DNA from: Pseudomonadota bacterium
GTDB lineage: Bacteria; UBA10199; 2-02-FULL-44-16; DYJF01
Reading direction: 5' to 3'
Assembly (NCBI GenBank): GCA_043823065.1
Contig: JBDRBB010000023.1
Span: 1-64,000 of the forward strand
DNA length: 64,000 nucleotides
The notes beneath the pieces were generated by a model. It had not been told where the DNA came from and did not search any database. It was given only the letters and a program-made list of their open reading frames with translations. The position numbers and the translations under genes were made by a program. Below, in pieces: positions 20,515 to 29,737 of this stretch. Every line of letters starts with the position of its first letter. Within the stretch, counting starts at the first letter, position 1.

Positions 20515-21802
20515 GGACAACATGGCTATAAATAAGATTGATTATAAAAAATTGGCCCAGCAAAAATATTCAGAACTGTCAGGGGTGATGTTTGTTGTTT
20601 TGGATAAACAAGGTGTTGTCCAGATAGTAAATAAAAATGGTTGCAAAATACTTGGTTATGCCCAGAAGAACATTGTAGGTAAAAACTGGTTTGATAATTT
20701 TATTCCTCTAAGACACAGAAAAAAAGTTAAGCATGTTTTTGGACAGCTCATAGCAGGCAAAATAAAACTCGTTAAATTTTATAAAAATCCAGTTTTAACC
20801 AAAAATAAGCAAGAAAAAATAATTTCCTGGCATAATGTTCTTCTCAAGGATGAAAAAGGCCAGATTCTTGCCACTCTAAGCGCTGGAGCAGATGTTACAA
20901 AAGATGTTCTCATCGAGAATGCTTTAAAAGAAAGCGAAGAACGTTACCGAAGGATTTTCGAAGCAGATAAGGATGCTCTAATTGTTACTGATGCCAATGG
21001 TTATGTCCAAGAAGTTAATCCCATGGCTTGTAAGTTGTATGGCTACAGATGTAAGGAAATAAATGGTATGCCAAGAAAGAAACTGGTCCATCCTGATTAT
21101 CAAAAAGGATTAAAAAAAATCCAGGAATTTGCAGCTAGAGGAGAGTCATATTTTACTAGAACCAGGCATATTAGAAAAAATGGCACCAATTTTTTAGCTG
21201 AAGTTTATAGCGTGCCTGTACAAATAAAAAATCAACTTCATATTATAATTGTGGTTCGCGATATTACTGAATCTGAGCGAGCAGAACGAACTATAAAAGA
21301 GTCTGAGGCTAAGTTTAAGACTTTGTTTAAGGAATCAAGAGATGGTCTTATCTTGTCTGAAGCTAAGACCAAAAAATTTATAGAGGTCAATCCAGTAATT
21401 TGTAAAATGCTGGGCTATACCCCAGAAGAACTTAAAAATTTGAGTGTAGCAGATATTCATCCAAAAGAGACCATTAAGGCTATCTATAAACAGTTTCAAG
21501 AACAAGTTAATGGAGTTTATACTTTAGCCCAAAACAGTTTAGTTAAGCGTAAAGACGGCAGTACCTTTTATGCAGATATAAATGCCACGCCACTGCGAAT
21601 GGGTGGCCAAAAATATCTACTGGGTTCATTTAGAGATGTGACCGAGCGCTGGCAATTTGAAAAACAATTAAAATCTGAACTTAATCGTGTGGCTAAATTA
21701 AACCAGATTATGACGGGTAGGGAAACTCGTATTCTTGAAATAAAAAAAGAGGTTAATGCGTTGCTTAGAAAACAAGGACAACCCCCAAAATATCATAGCT
21801 AA
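20504..21802 (+). CDS. Multi-PAS protein without a catalytic output domain
   Basis: Three PAS/PAC units ending in DVT/DIT; C-terminal MTGRETRILEIKKEVN motif. Confidence 0.85.
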   Translation: MVPEDNMAINKIDYKKLAQQKYSELSGVMFVVLDKQGVVQIVNKNGCKILGYAQKNIVGKNWFDNFIPLRHRKKVKHVFGQLIAGKIKLVKFYKNPVLTKNKQEKIISWHNVLLKDEKGQILATLSAGADVTKDVLIENALKESEERYRRIFEADKDALIVTDANGYVQEVNPMACKLYGYRCKEINGMPRKKLVHPDYQKGLKKIQEFAARGESYFTRTRHIRKNGTNFLAEVYSVPVQIKNQLHIIIVVRDITESERAERTIKESEAKFKTLFKESRDGLILSEAKTKKFIEVNPVICKMLGYTPEELKNLSVADIHPKETIKAIYKQFQEQVNGVYTLAQNSLVKRKDGSTFYADINATPLRMGGQKYLLGSFRDVTERWQFEKQLKSELNRVAKLNQIMTGRETRILEIKKEVNALLRKQGQPPKYHS

Positions 21803-21825
21803 TTTGCACGATTTAAGGAGCATAA

Positions 21826-22986
21826 ATGTTCAAAAGCATTGCTTATACAGATATATTAGATGTGGTTTTAATTACTGCTTTAATCTATTTTCTTTTGATT
21901 TGGTTTAAGAAAAGCAGGGCTGCTTTTGTTTTAAGCGGCATGTTAATCGTGGCCGGCATCTATTTATTGGCCCAGCAGTTTAATTTGGTTTTAACCGCCA
22001 GCGTGTTTCAACTTTTTTTTGCGGTTATTCTTTTTGCCTGGGTGGTGATTTTTCAGGAAGAAATCAGGCGTTTTTTTGAACAGGTTGCTGTTTGGAGCCT
22101 GCAGCGCAGGTTCAGGCCTTATCGCCACAAACCATTACCCAAAGAGAGTTTAGCTACTTTAGTCAGAACAGCCTTTGAATTGGCAGCAGAAAAAATCGGG
22201 GCCTTAATTGTGCTGCCTGGAAAAAATTTAATCTTAAGCCATATTGACAGCGGAATAGATTTAAATGGCAAAGTTAGCGAAGCCCTGCTCAAAAGTATCT
22301 TTGACCCCAATTCTCTGGGTCATGACGGCGCCATGGTAATTGAGGAAGGTATTGTAACCCAGTTTGGCGGCCATCTTCCCCTCTCCAAAAACCTAAAAAA
22401 GCTTCCTCATGGTGGTACCAGGCATGCAGCAGCATTGGGTTTGGCAGAAGTGAGCGATGCTTTGTGCATAGTTGTTTCTGAAGAAAAAGGAATGGTTTCG
22501 GTTGCGCGTAACGGAGATTTATTTCAAGTAAACACTGCGGAAAATCTTTTGGCCATGATTGAACGTTTTTATCAGGAAACCAAGCCACATCGAGAAAAAA
22601 TGACCTGGGTGGATCTTCTGGCCAAAAATTGGCGGGAAAAACTGGTGGCTTTTGGGTTAGCCATTTTATTGTGGTTTGTGCATGTTTATGGTTCGCAAAT
22701 GGTGTATAAAACATTTGTGGTTCCTGTTAACTATCCTAAACCGCAAGATACAAGTTATCAGGTTAAAGTGGATCCAGCAAAAGTTGAAGTTACTTTTTCT
22801 GGGCCCAGAAGAACCCTGTATTTTACCAGAAACGATGAAATTAGATTGTTTTTGAAAGGACTGGAAGAAATGCGGGGAAATCATCAAGTTAGGTTGTCTG
22901 GCGCCAATTTGTCCTTTCCAAAGGCCTTAGCTTTGGAAAATATTGATCCCAGTAGATTGGACTTGCTGATTGAAAAAAAGGAATAG
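21826..22986 (+). CDS. dacA: Diadenylate cyclase CdaA fused to a YbbR/CdaR-like domain
   Basis: Three N-terminal TM helices, FQEEIRR, HDGA, GTRHAAA and VSEEKG; then a TM helix (NWREKLVAFGLAILLW) and a YbbR-like domain. Confidence 0.85.
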   Translation: MFKSIAYTDILDVVLITALIYFLLIWFKKSRAAFVLSGMLIVAGIYLLAQQFNLVLTASVFQLFFAVILFAWVVIFQEEIRRFFEQVAVWSLQRRFRPYRHKPLPKESLATLVRTAFELAAEKIGALIVLPGKNLILSHIDSGIDLNGKVSEALLKSIFDPNSLGHDGAMVIEEGIVTQFGGHLPLSKNLKKLPHGGTRHAAALGLAEVSDALCIVVSEEKGMVSVARNGDLFQVNTAENLLAMIERFYQETKPHREKMTWVDLLAKNWREKLVAFGLAILLWFVHVYGSQMVYKTFVVPVNYPKPQDTSYQVKVDPAKVEVTFSGPRRTLYFTRNDEIRLFLKGLEEMRGNHQVRLSGANLSFPKALALENIDPSRLDLLIEKKE

Positions 22987-23066
22987 CATCAATAATGCTC
23001 AATTTTAATTGCCTAAATTTTGATTTTATAATAAATCTCGCTTTACCTAAATAAAGGAGGAAAGGT

Positions 23067-23213
23067 ATGAAAAAGATTTTAGCGTTGGTGTTTGGTGTAA
23101 GTCTTCTGAGTCTAGCCACAGCTTCAGTATCTTTGGCAGATGATGATGAATGTGTTTGTGGTATGGATCCAGAAACAGGGGAATGCATGCCCTGTGATGA
23201 TGTGGAAGAATAA
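23067..23213 (+). CDS. Small secreted Cys-rich acidic peptide (absent from the ORF track)
   Basis: AAAGGAGG RBS; MKKILALVFGVSLLSLATASVSLA-DDDECVCGMDPETGECMPCDDVEE; terminator immediately after. Confidence 0.8.
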   Translation: MKKILALVFGVSLLSLATASVSLADDDECVCGMDPETGECMPCDDVEE

Positions 23214-23226
23214 ATAAGTAGAAAAC

Positions 23227-23259
23227 AAAAAAGGCCTTGCTAATTGCAAGGCCTTTTTT
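23227..23259. terminator. Bidirectional intrinsic terminator
   Basis: A6-GGCCTTGC-TAATT-GCAAGGCC-T6 between convergent genes. Confidence 0.9.
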
Positions 23260-23271
23260 AGTGCAATTTTC

Positions 23272-24591
23272 TTAGTATGTTTTCAGATATCTAGCAGTTT
23301 CCCAACCATGCACTTGCGAGATATACTGATCCCACTCCAAGCGTTTGGATTTATAAAAATGATTGTAAATATGCTCGCCCAAAGCCTCTTGAACGATTTT
23401 ATCTTTCTTTAAGTAGTGCAAGGCTTCAGATAAATTTTTGGGCACTGGGCTGATCTTGAGCCTGGCTTTTTCCCGGTCGCTCATGGCAAAGATATTTTTA
23501 TTAACTGGTGGTGGGGGAGTGAGTTTATTCTTAATGCCTTCCAGCCCTGCTTTGAGCATGACCGCAATTGCCAGATAAGGATTGCAAGCAGGATCTGGCA
23601 CTCTAACCTCAATTCTGGTACCAGCGCCGCGCGAAGCCGGAACGCGAATTAACGGGCTGCGATTTTTTTCTGACCAGGCAATGTTAACCGGAGCTTCATA
23701 GCCAGGTACCAAGCGTTTATAGGAATTGACCAAAGGATTGGTGATAGCCACAATTGCTTTAATATGTTCCATGATGCCGGCAATATAATGCAGGGTGGTT
23801 TGACTAAGCTGCATGTCTGCTTTTGGATCAAAAAAAGCGTTTTGGCCGTTGCGGTATAAAGATTGATTGCAATGCATGCCGCTGCCGTTGATACCAAAAA
23901 TTGGTTTGGGCATGAACGTGGCATGCAAACCATGGCGGGCAGCCACTTTCTTGGTCACAAACTTAAAGCTGGTGATATTGTCTGCAGCGCGCAAGGCATC
24001 TTCATATTTAAAATCAATTTCATGCTGGCCAATGGCTACTTCATGGTGCGAAGCTTCAACTTCAAACCCTAGCTTTAGTAGCACGTCAATTATATCTCTT
24101 CTGGCAATTTCGCCTTCATCAACTGGGGCCATATCAAAATAGCCAGCATCATCATGAGTTTTAAGGGTTGGTTTTCCATCAGAATCTCTACAAAATAAAA
24201 AGAATTCCATTTCCGGGCCAACCATCATATTAAAACCCATATCCTTGGCTTCCTTGATGGCTCGTTTTAAGATAAGGCGAGGGCAGCCTAAAAATTCTGA
24301 ACCATCAGGCCGATAAACATCGCAGATTACCCGGCCGATTTTTTCTTCTCCTTCAAAATCATAAATCATGAAGGTGTCTAGATCTGGTTTGAGAACCATA
24401 TCTGATTCTTCAATGCGGGTGAAACCTTCAATGGAAGAGCCGTCAAACATTATGTCACCACTTAAGGCCTTGTTGAATTGAGAGGTAGGCACTTCCACAT
24501 TTTTATACACGCCAAAAATATCTATAAATTGCAGTTGCAAAAACTCTATTTTTTCTTCATTTAGACGGTCTAAAATAGCTTTTTTATCCAT
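23272..24591 (-). CDS. glnA: Glutamine synthetase type I
   Basis: FDGSSIEG, HHEVA, ATFMPKP, NGSGMH and NSYKRLVPGYEAP motifs. Confidence 0.97.
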   Translation of the reverse strand: MDKKAILDRLNEEKIEFLQLQFIDIFGVYKNVEVPTSQFNKALSGDIMFDGSSIEGFTRIEESDMVLKPDLDTFMIYDFEGEEKIGRVICDVYRPDGSEFLGCPRLILKRAIKEAKDMGFNMMVGPEMEFFLFCRDSDGKPTLKTHDDAGYFDMAPVDEGEIARRDIIDVLLKLGFEVEASHHEVAIGQHEIDFKYEDALRAADNITSFKFVTKKVAARHGLHATFMPKPIFGINGSGMHCNQSLYRNGQNAFFDPKADMQLSQTTLHYIAGIMEHIKAIVAITNPLVNSYKRLVPGYEAPVNIAWSEKNRSPLIRVPASRGAGTRIEVRVPDPACNPYLAIAVMLKAGLEGIKNKLTPPPPVNKNIFAMSDREKARLKISPVPKNLSEALHYLKKDKIVQEALGEHIYNHFYKSKRLEWDQYISQVHGWETARYLKTY

Positions 24592-24814
24592 ATGGCCTCC
24601 TGTTGGTTTTTTTAAGGATAAATAATAAGCGTCTAAATGAGCTAAAAATGATAAACTGTCAAAGAAAAAACGCAGAATATGTAAAAAAGTAAAAACACTT
24701 TGTTTTATAAGGGCTTTTTTTGAAAAAATTGACGCTATTTTTTTTCATTTCCACAAAGGTGGGAATCCCAAGGTTTGAATACATAAGATCCCCGCTTTCG
24801 CAGGGATGACAACA

Positions 24815-25237
24815 ATGCAACATTATTACTCTAAAAAACTATTGGAACATGCCTTAAACCCTTTGCATGTAGGTGAAATCGAAAATCCAGATGGCAAATG
24901 CTTGGTTGGCGATCCCCAATGCGGAGATTTTCTAAAGGTTACTTTGCGTATAGAAAATGAGCGCATTAAAGATATTGCGTTTAAGTGCAAGGGTTGTCCA
25001 GCAGCCATTGGCACAGCCAGCGCTATGTGCCAGCTAGCTATTGGCAAAACATTAGATGAAGCTGATGAAATTACCAGCGAAGTCATCACTGATTATGTTG
25101 ATGGCTTGCCAGAGGAAAAACAGCATTGCTCCAACCTGGGCGCTGGTGCTTTGGCTGGTGCAATTATGAATTATATCTGCAAAACCATTAAGCAAGAAGA
25201 GATGATAGAGCAGGGCCTGGATGTATTTAAAACTTAA
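24815..25237 (+). CDS. IscU/NifU-like Fe-S cluster scaffold
   Basis: CGD, GCPAAI and KQHCSNL conserved Cys motifs. Confidence 0.9.
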   Translation: MQHYYSKKLLEHALNPLHVGEIENPDGKCLVGDPQCGDFLKVTLRIENERIKDIAFKCKGCPAAIGTASAMCQLAIGKTLDEADEITSEVITDYVDGLPEEKQHCSNLGAGALAGAIMNYICKTIKQEEMIEQGLDVFKT

Positions 25238-25243
25238 ATCAAC

Positions 25244-25594
25244 TTAATGCGAAACTTTGCGATAGCTTTTAATTATTTCTTGTAAAATTGTTTCTACTTC
25301 CGACATAGACCTTTGAGCTGCTTCATGCATTTGCCTACCCTTGATATCATTTTTAGCAGGATGGGCATAGTGCAGATTTAAATGTTCAGCAGCCATGGCA
25401 TATTCAGCAGCTTCATTTAGCAAGTCATACATTTCATCTGCATCAGTGGCGTTTTTAGCTGTTTGCTGCAGATTTTTCAGGCGTTCTAAAATATGTTCTG
25501 GACCGCGTATTTCTCGTAAATCTACTTCCCGGTCATCGATCTCCAGTCTTTTTCCTTTTGTTTCAAATTTCTTGAGCATTTGACTAATTGACAT
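25244..25594 (-). CDS. Hypothetical helical protein
   Basis: AGGAGG RBS; 116 aa. Confidence 0.7.
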   Translation of the reverse strand: MSISQMLKKFETKGKRLEIDDREVDLREIRGPEHILERLKNLQQTAKNATDADEMYDLLNEAAEYAMAAEHLNLHYAHPAKNDIKGRQMHEAAQRSMSEVETILQEIIKSYRKVSH

Positions 25595-25772
25595 AAATCC
25601 CTCCTTTTGTTTTTACAAAACCATATTTGAGCATAATTTATGCCAGTTACAGTTTTAGCTTGAGTTAGCCACTGCTTTGGAATTACTGGTAATTTGATTA
25701 AGGAAAAAGTGTCGAATAATAAAAAAGGGTGCAACCAAACTTAAATATGCTAATTAACGTTAGAAAATTGAC

Positions 25773-27053
25773 ATGAGGGGAGTTATGCAACTGATTGCTG
25801 ATTTACATGTTCATTCCAAATATTCCCGAGCAACTGCCAAAAATTTAGATTTGGAAAATATTTATATTTGGGCGCAGAAAAAAGGAATTGCACTTATAGG
25901 CACTGGGGATTGCACTCATCCAGCTTGGTTTGCAGAAATTCAGACTAAATTAATAGAAGCAGAACCAGGTTTGTTTCAGCTAAAACCTGAGTTAGCCAAG
26001 AGCTGCGATCAGCAAGTTCCTGTCGCTTGCCGAGGTTTGGTGCGTTTTATTTTGCAAGGAGAGATCAGCAATATTTATAAAAAAAATAATCGAGTGCGGA
26101 AAAATCATCAGCTGGTTTTCTTTCCGGATCTAAAAAGTCTTAGTGTTTTTAATTCCAAACTCGATGCTATTGGCAATATTAAATCAGACGGACGACCAAT
26201 TTTAGGTTTAGATGCCAAACATTTGCTGGAAATTCTTTTAGAAGCAACAGAACAGGCTTTTTTAATTCCAGCCCATATCTGGACGCCTTGGTTTTCAGTG
26301 CTAGGCTCCAAGTCTGGGTTTGATTCCCTACAGGAATGTTTTGAAGATTTGAGCCAAGAGATTTTTGCTGCTGAGACCGGGCTTTCTTCAGATCCACCCA
26401 TGAACTGGCGTGTAAGCGAGCTGGACCGCATAACTTTGGTTTCCAATTCAGATGCGCATTCGCCAGCTAATCTGGGCCGCAATGCTAATCTGTTTGATAT
26501 CGACTTGTCTTATTTTGCGCTTAAAGCTGCGCTAAAAACAAAAGATCTGAAAAAATGTTTGGGTACTTTTGACATGTATCCTGAAGAAGGAAAATATCAT
26601 CTGGATGGCCACCGCAAATGTAGTGTTTGTCTGCACCCAACTGATACTATAAAAAATAAAGACCTGTGCCCAACTTGCGGCAAGGCTTTAACTATTGGCG
26701 TACTGTATCGGGTGGAAACTTTAGCCAATAGACCAGACGGAGCAAAGCCAGCCAATGCCTTGCCTTGCACTCATATTATTCCTTTGCCAGAAATCCTTTC
26801 TGAAATTTATCAATGCGGGGTCAAAAGTAAAAAAGTGCAAACTAGATATGATGGTGTTTTACAAATTCTGGGCTCAGAGCTAAATATCTTGTCTTCACTT
26901 TCTTTGGCAGAAATAGAAAAAGCCAATATTCCCTTGCTGGCTGAGGCGATTCAAAGAATGAGAAACGCCAAAATTTATATTCAGCCAGGATATGATGGCG
27001 AATTTGGCAAAATTAAAGTGTTTAGGCCAGAAGAGTTGAGGGATGTGAAATAA
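25773..27053 (+). CDS. Endonuclease Q family (PHP-domain) protein
   Basis: DLHVHSKYS, PAHIWTPW, SNSDAHS, GKYHLDGHRKC, CPTCG and PGYDGEFG motifs. Confidence 0.88.
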   Translation: MRGVMQLIADLHVHSKYSRATAKNLDLENIYIWAQKKGIALIGTGDCTHPAWFAEIQTKLIEAEPGLFQLKPELAKSCDQQVPVACRGLVRFILQGEISNIYKKNNRVRKNHQLVFFPDLKSLSVFNSKLDAIGNIKSDGRPILGLDAKHLLEILLEATEQAFLIPAHIWTPWFSVLGSKSGFDSLQECFEDLSQEIFAAETGLSSDPPMNWRVSELDRITLVSNSDAHSPANLGRNANLFDIDLSYFALKAALKTKDLKKCLGTFDMYPEEGKYHLDGHRKCSVCLHPTDTIKNKDLCPTCGKALTIGVLYRVETLANRPDGAKPANALPCTHIIPLPEILSEIYQCGVKSKKVQTRYDGVLQILGSELNILSSLSLAEIEKANIPLLAEAIQRMRNAKIYIQPGYDGEFGKIKVFRPEELRDVK

Positions 27054-27065
27054 AAAGGAGGATTT

Positions 27066-27566
27066 TTGAAAATGCTGTGGCCAACAATTGTGATGGGTGT
27101 GCTGGCAGTTATTTTGTTGATTATTGGTTTTAAAAAAGGTGATAGCCAGCATATTGAGGGCGTGAAATCTGCTTTGGAGATGATGATTAAAATTGTGCCG
27201 CTTCTGTTTTTTGCTTTTATTATTGCAGGTATGGTGAAGAGTTTGGTGCCAGCTCCGGTAATTGCCAAATGGATTGGCGCTGAATCTGGGATGCGCGGCA
27301 TCTTGATTGGTTCTTTGGCTGGCGGGCTCATGCCAGGCGGGCCCTATACCAGTCTGCCGGTGGCTACTGTGCTTTTGCGCTCTGGTTCCAGCATGGGTAC
27401 AATTGTGGCATTCTTAACTGGCTGGTCTTTGTGGGCCTTTGCCAGGATTCCGATGGAAGTTGGCATCCTGGGCTGGAAGGTAACTGTAATCCGCTTTGCC
27501 AGTACTTTAATCTTTCCGCCAATTGCTGGTTTAATTGCCCAAAGTTTGTTTGGTGGGGTGCGTTAA
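27066..27566 (+). CDS. Predicted permease (DUF318/ArsP-like)
   Basis: Hydrophobic; PGGPY motif; AAGGAGG RBS. Confidence 0.75.
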   Translation: MKMLWPTIVMGVLAVILLIIGFKKGDSQHIEGVKSALEMMIKIVPLLFFAFIIAGMVKSLVPAPVIAKWIGAESGMRGILIGSLAGGLMPGGPYTSLPVATVLLRSGSSMGTIVAFLTGWSLWAFARIPMEVGILGWKVTVIRFASTLIFPPIAGLIAQSLFGGVR

Positions 27567-27630
27567 AGTAAGGGGACGTTACCCCAAGGCTTTCAACTAG
27601 ATAGCGTGTTGGTCCATAAAACATTGTTGT

Positions 27631-27687
27631 AATACTATGTTTCAATTGAAACATAGTATTGACATGATGTTTCAATTAACACATAAT
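27631..27687 (+). promoter_or_regulatory. Sigma70 promoter with palindromic operators
   Basis: Perfect 30-bp palindrome 27631-27660; TTGACA(27659)-17 nt-CATAAT(27682); second imperfect operator 27667-27684. Confidence 0.8.
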
Positions 27688-27694
27688 TGTTTCT

Positions 27695-27955
27695 ATGAGT
27701 AACAAAGATAAAGATATGCTTTCGGTTACTGAAGTAGCCAAAATCATGGGCATTAGTCGCACCCATGTTTTACGCAAAATCAAAGAAGGTGTTATTCCAG
27801 CTCTGAAAGTTGGCCGCTCATTTATTATCAAACGGTCAGATCTGCCTGGAATTTACCGCAAAATAACATCCCAAGATAAAAAGGAAGTTGAGAAAGCAGT
27901 AGATAGAATGTTTAAAGACTATGCTAACGTGATTCGCAAATTGGGCAAAACCTAA
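27695..27955 (+). CDS. Excisionase-like HTH protein, putative antitoxin
   Basis: LSVTEVAKIMGISRTHV...IPALKVG; coupled to the next gene by TAATG. Confidence 0.8.
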   Translation: MSNKDKDMLSVTEVAKIMGISRTHVLRKIKEGVIPALKVGRSFIIKRSDLPGIYRKITSQDKKEVEKAVDRMFKDYANVIRKLGKT

Positions 27956-28374
27956 TGAAGGAACTTACGATTGAGCATGTTGAATACATTGCTCACAATT
28001 TAGCAAAAAAACTAATGGAATGGGATGAACCCATTCCCGATTTTCACACGCGCTTTCCAGGTAAATTAGAAAGTTGTTTAAAGACGCCTCTTTTAACTTT
28101 TGATGGAAAAGATTTGTATCCCAAATTAGAAGATAAAGCAGCGATCCTCTTTTATTTAATAGTAAAAAATCATCCTTTCCAAAATGGAAACCAGCGAATT
28201 GCGGTTACAGCTTTGCTTACTTATTTATATATAAATAAAAAGTGGCTAAAAATTCATGAAGATGATCTATACGAACTTGCTGTTGATGTGGCCAAAAGTA
28301 AGTCAATCTATAAAAATGGCATAATCGAAATTATCAAAGAAATCCTAAAAACTCATACCATCAATAAATCATAA
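27955..28374 (+). CDS. Doc/Fic family toxin
   Basis: YP.LEDKAA and NHPFQNGNQRIA motifs. Confidence 0.85.
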   Translation: MKELTIEHVEYIAHNLAKKLMEWDEPIPDFHTRFPGKLESCLKTPLLTFDGKDLYPKLEDKAAILFYLIVKNHPFQNGNQRIAVTALLTYLYINKKWLKIHEDDLYELAVDVAKSKSIYKNGIIEIIKEILKTHTINKS

Positions 28375-28381
28375 AAAGATA

Positions 28382-28942
28382 TTATATTTGTGCTTTGGTT
28401 TTTAAATTTGCTCTGGGCTTGGAATAATGCTGGGTAAACAAGATGCCGCTGACAATTAAAACATATTCCAAAATTTCATATAACCAGAGTGAATTAAAGA
28501 GCTGATAAAATTTGAAGACATTAAGCAGGCAATTAAAGGTAAATACCAAAGCCCAAATAAAGGTTATTAGATAATTTATTTGAATAAATTTTGGTGTGTT
28601 CCACTGCTCTTTGGGCACATGCTCTTTAGCATAAGACATAGTAAAAGGTTGCTTAATAAGAATTGATAACCAGCTAAGCAGCGCCAGGGTGCCTGTAGCC
28701 AGAATAGCCATTCTTGAAATGGCCCACATATTTTGCAAACCAACTACAGCAACTAAGGCAAAACCAAAAAATAAAATACCGCCAACCATAATAAAGCCTT
28801 TATGTATCTTGGCAATAGCCAGGCCGATAGAAAGCAGCAAAGCTACAATTATGGCAATATCCAGGCGAATTAAAGAAGGGCCAGCAATAATTTTTAGGGC
28901 AATCCAAGGGGCAAAAGCTAAAATTAATTTAAGGGTGCTCAT
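28382..28942 (-). CDS. Membrane protein
   Basis: About six TM helices; PFT..YAK motif. Confidence 0.75.
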   Translation of the reverse strand: MSTLKLILAFAPWIALKIIAGPSLIRLDIAIIVALLLSIGLAIAKIHKGFIMVGGILFFGFALVAVVGLQNMWAISRMAILATGTLALLSWLSILIKQPFTMSYAKEHVPKEQWNTPKFIQINYLITFIWALVFTFNCLLNVFKFYQLFNSLWLYEILEYVLIVSGILFTQHYSKPRANLKTKAQI

Positions 28943-28965
28943 AATGGGGCTCTCTTTATTCTTGT

Positions 28966-29328
28966 TTATTCAAGCACAGGTATTTGTAGGCCTGCTCCTC
29001 TGAACATAAAATAGGCAGCGCCAACAAGACACACTCCAGCCCAAAGAAAATCAAGTTTTAACGGCTCCTTCATATAAAAGACACAAAATAAAGCAAAGAC
29101 AGACATTGTGATGACTTCCTGAATTACTTTCAATTGTCCAAGCGAATAATATTGGAAGCCGATTCTGTTAGCTGGCACTTGAAGACAATATTCGAAGAAA
29201 GCCACTCCCCAGCTTACGAGAATTGCAAAAAACAAAGCCTTTCCCCTCATATCTTTCAGATGCCCGTACCACGCATAGGTCATGAAAAGGTTAGAACAGA
29301 TAAGTAAAAATATGGGTGATAATCTCAT
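28966..29328 (-). CDS. DMT family protein (DUF486)
   Basis: SNLFMTYAWYGHLK, QVPANRIG and QLKVIQEVI motifs. Confidence 0.9.
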   Translation of the reverse strand: MRLSPIFLLICSNLFMTYAWYGHLKDMRGKALFFAILVSWGVAFFEYCLQVPANRIGFQYYSLGQLKVIQEVITMSVFALFCVFYMKEPLKLDFLWAGVCLVGAAYFMFRGAGLQIPVLE

Positions 29329-29737
29329 AAAAATTTTCTCCTTACTTCAGCTACAGGGGAAAAAGTAAAACTTGGCGCCCCCTGTGGGACAAAGTTCGAA
29401 CTTATTTTCAATCAAAGCACACCTAAGCTGAATCGCATTCGCTTTTCAAGAGGTAATTTAGAATCAGATGGAGCAAAATTTGTGATCCGCCTCAGGCGGA
29501 GGCGCAAATTTTGCATTTGATCGTGGCCCTTCGACTCGCTCCGTTCATCCTGAGCTTGTAGAAGGATGAACTGCTCGTTCAGGACCGGCAAAACCTGATT
29601 CCACACCCCAGGGAACTGAAATGTGCTTCAGCAGTACAGGTGCCTATTCATATGAAACGTATTTTAGGCCATTTTCATTTCACTAAAATGGCCTTGAACC
29701 GTATTTGAAATGCAATGAAAAGTAGGTGAAATAAAAT

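Noticed and set aside
29412..29606. 64-aa minus-strand ORF
   Set aside because: Mostly spans a palindromic repeat; no RBS or recognisable motifs.
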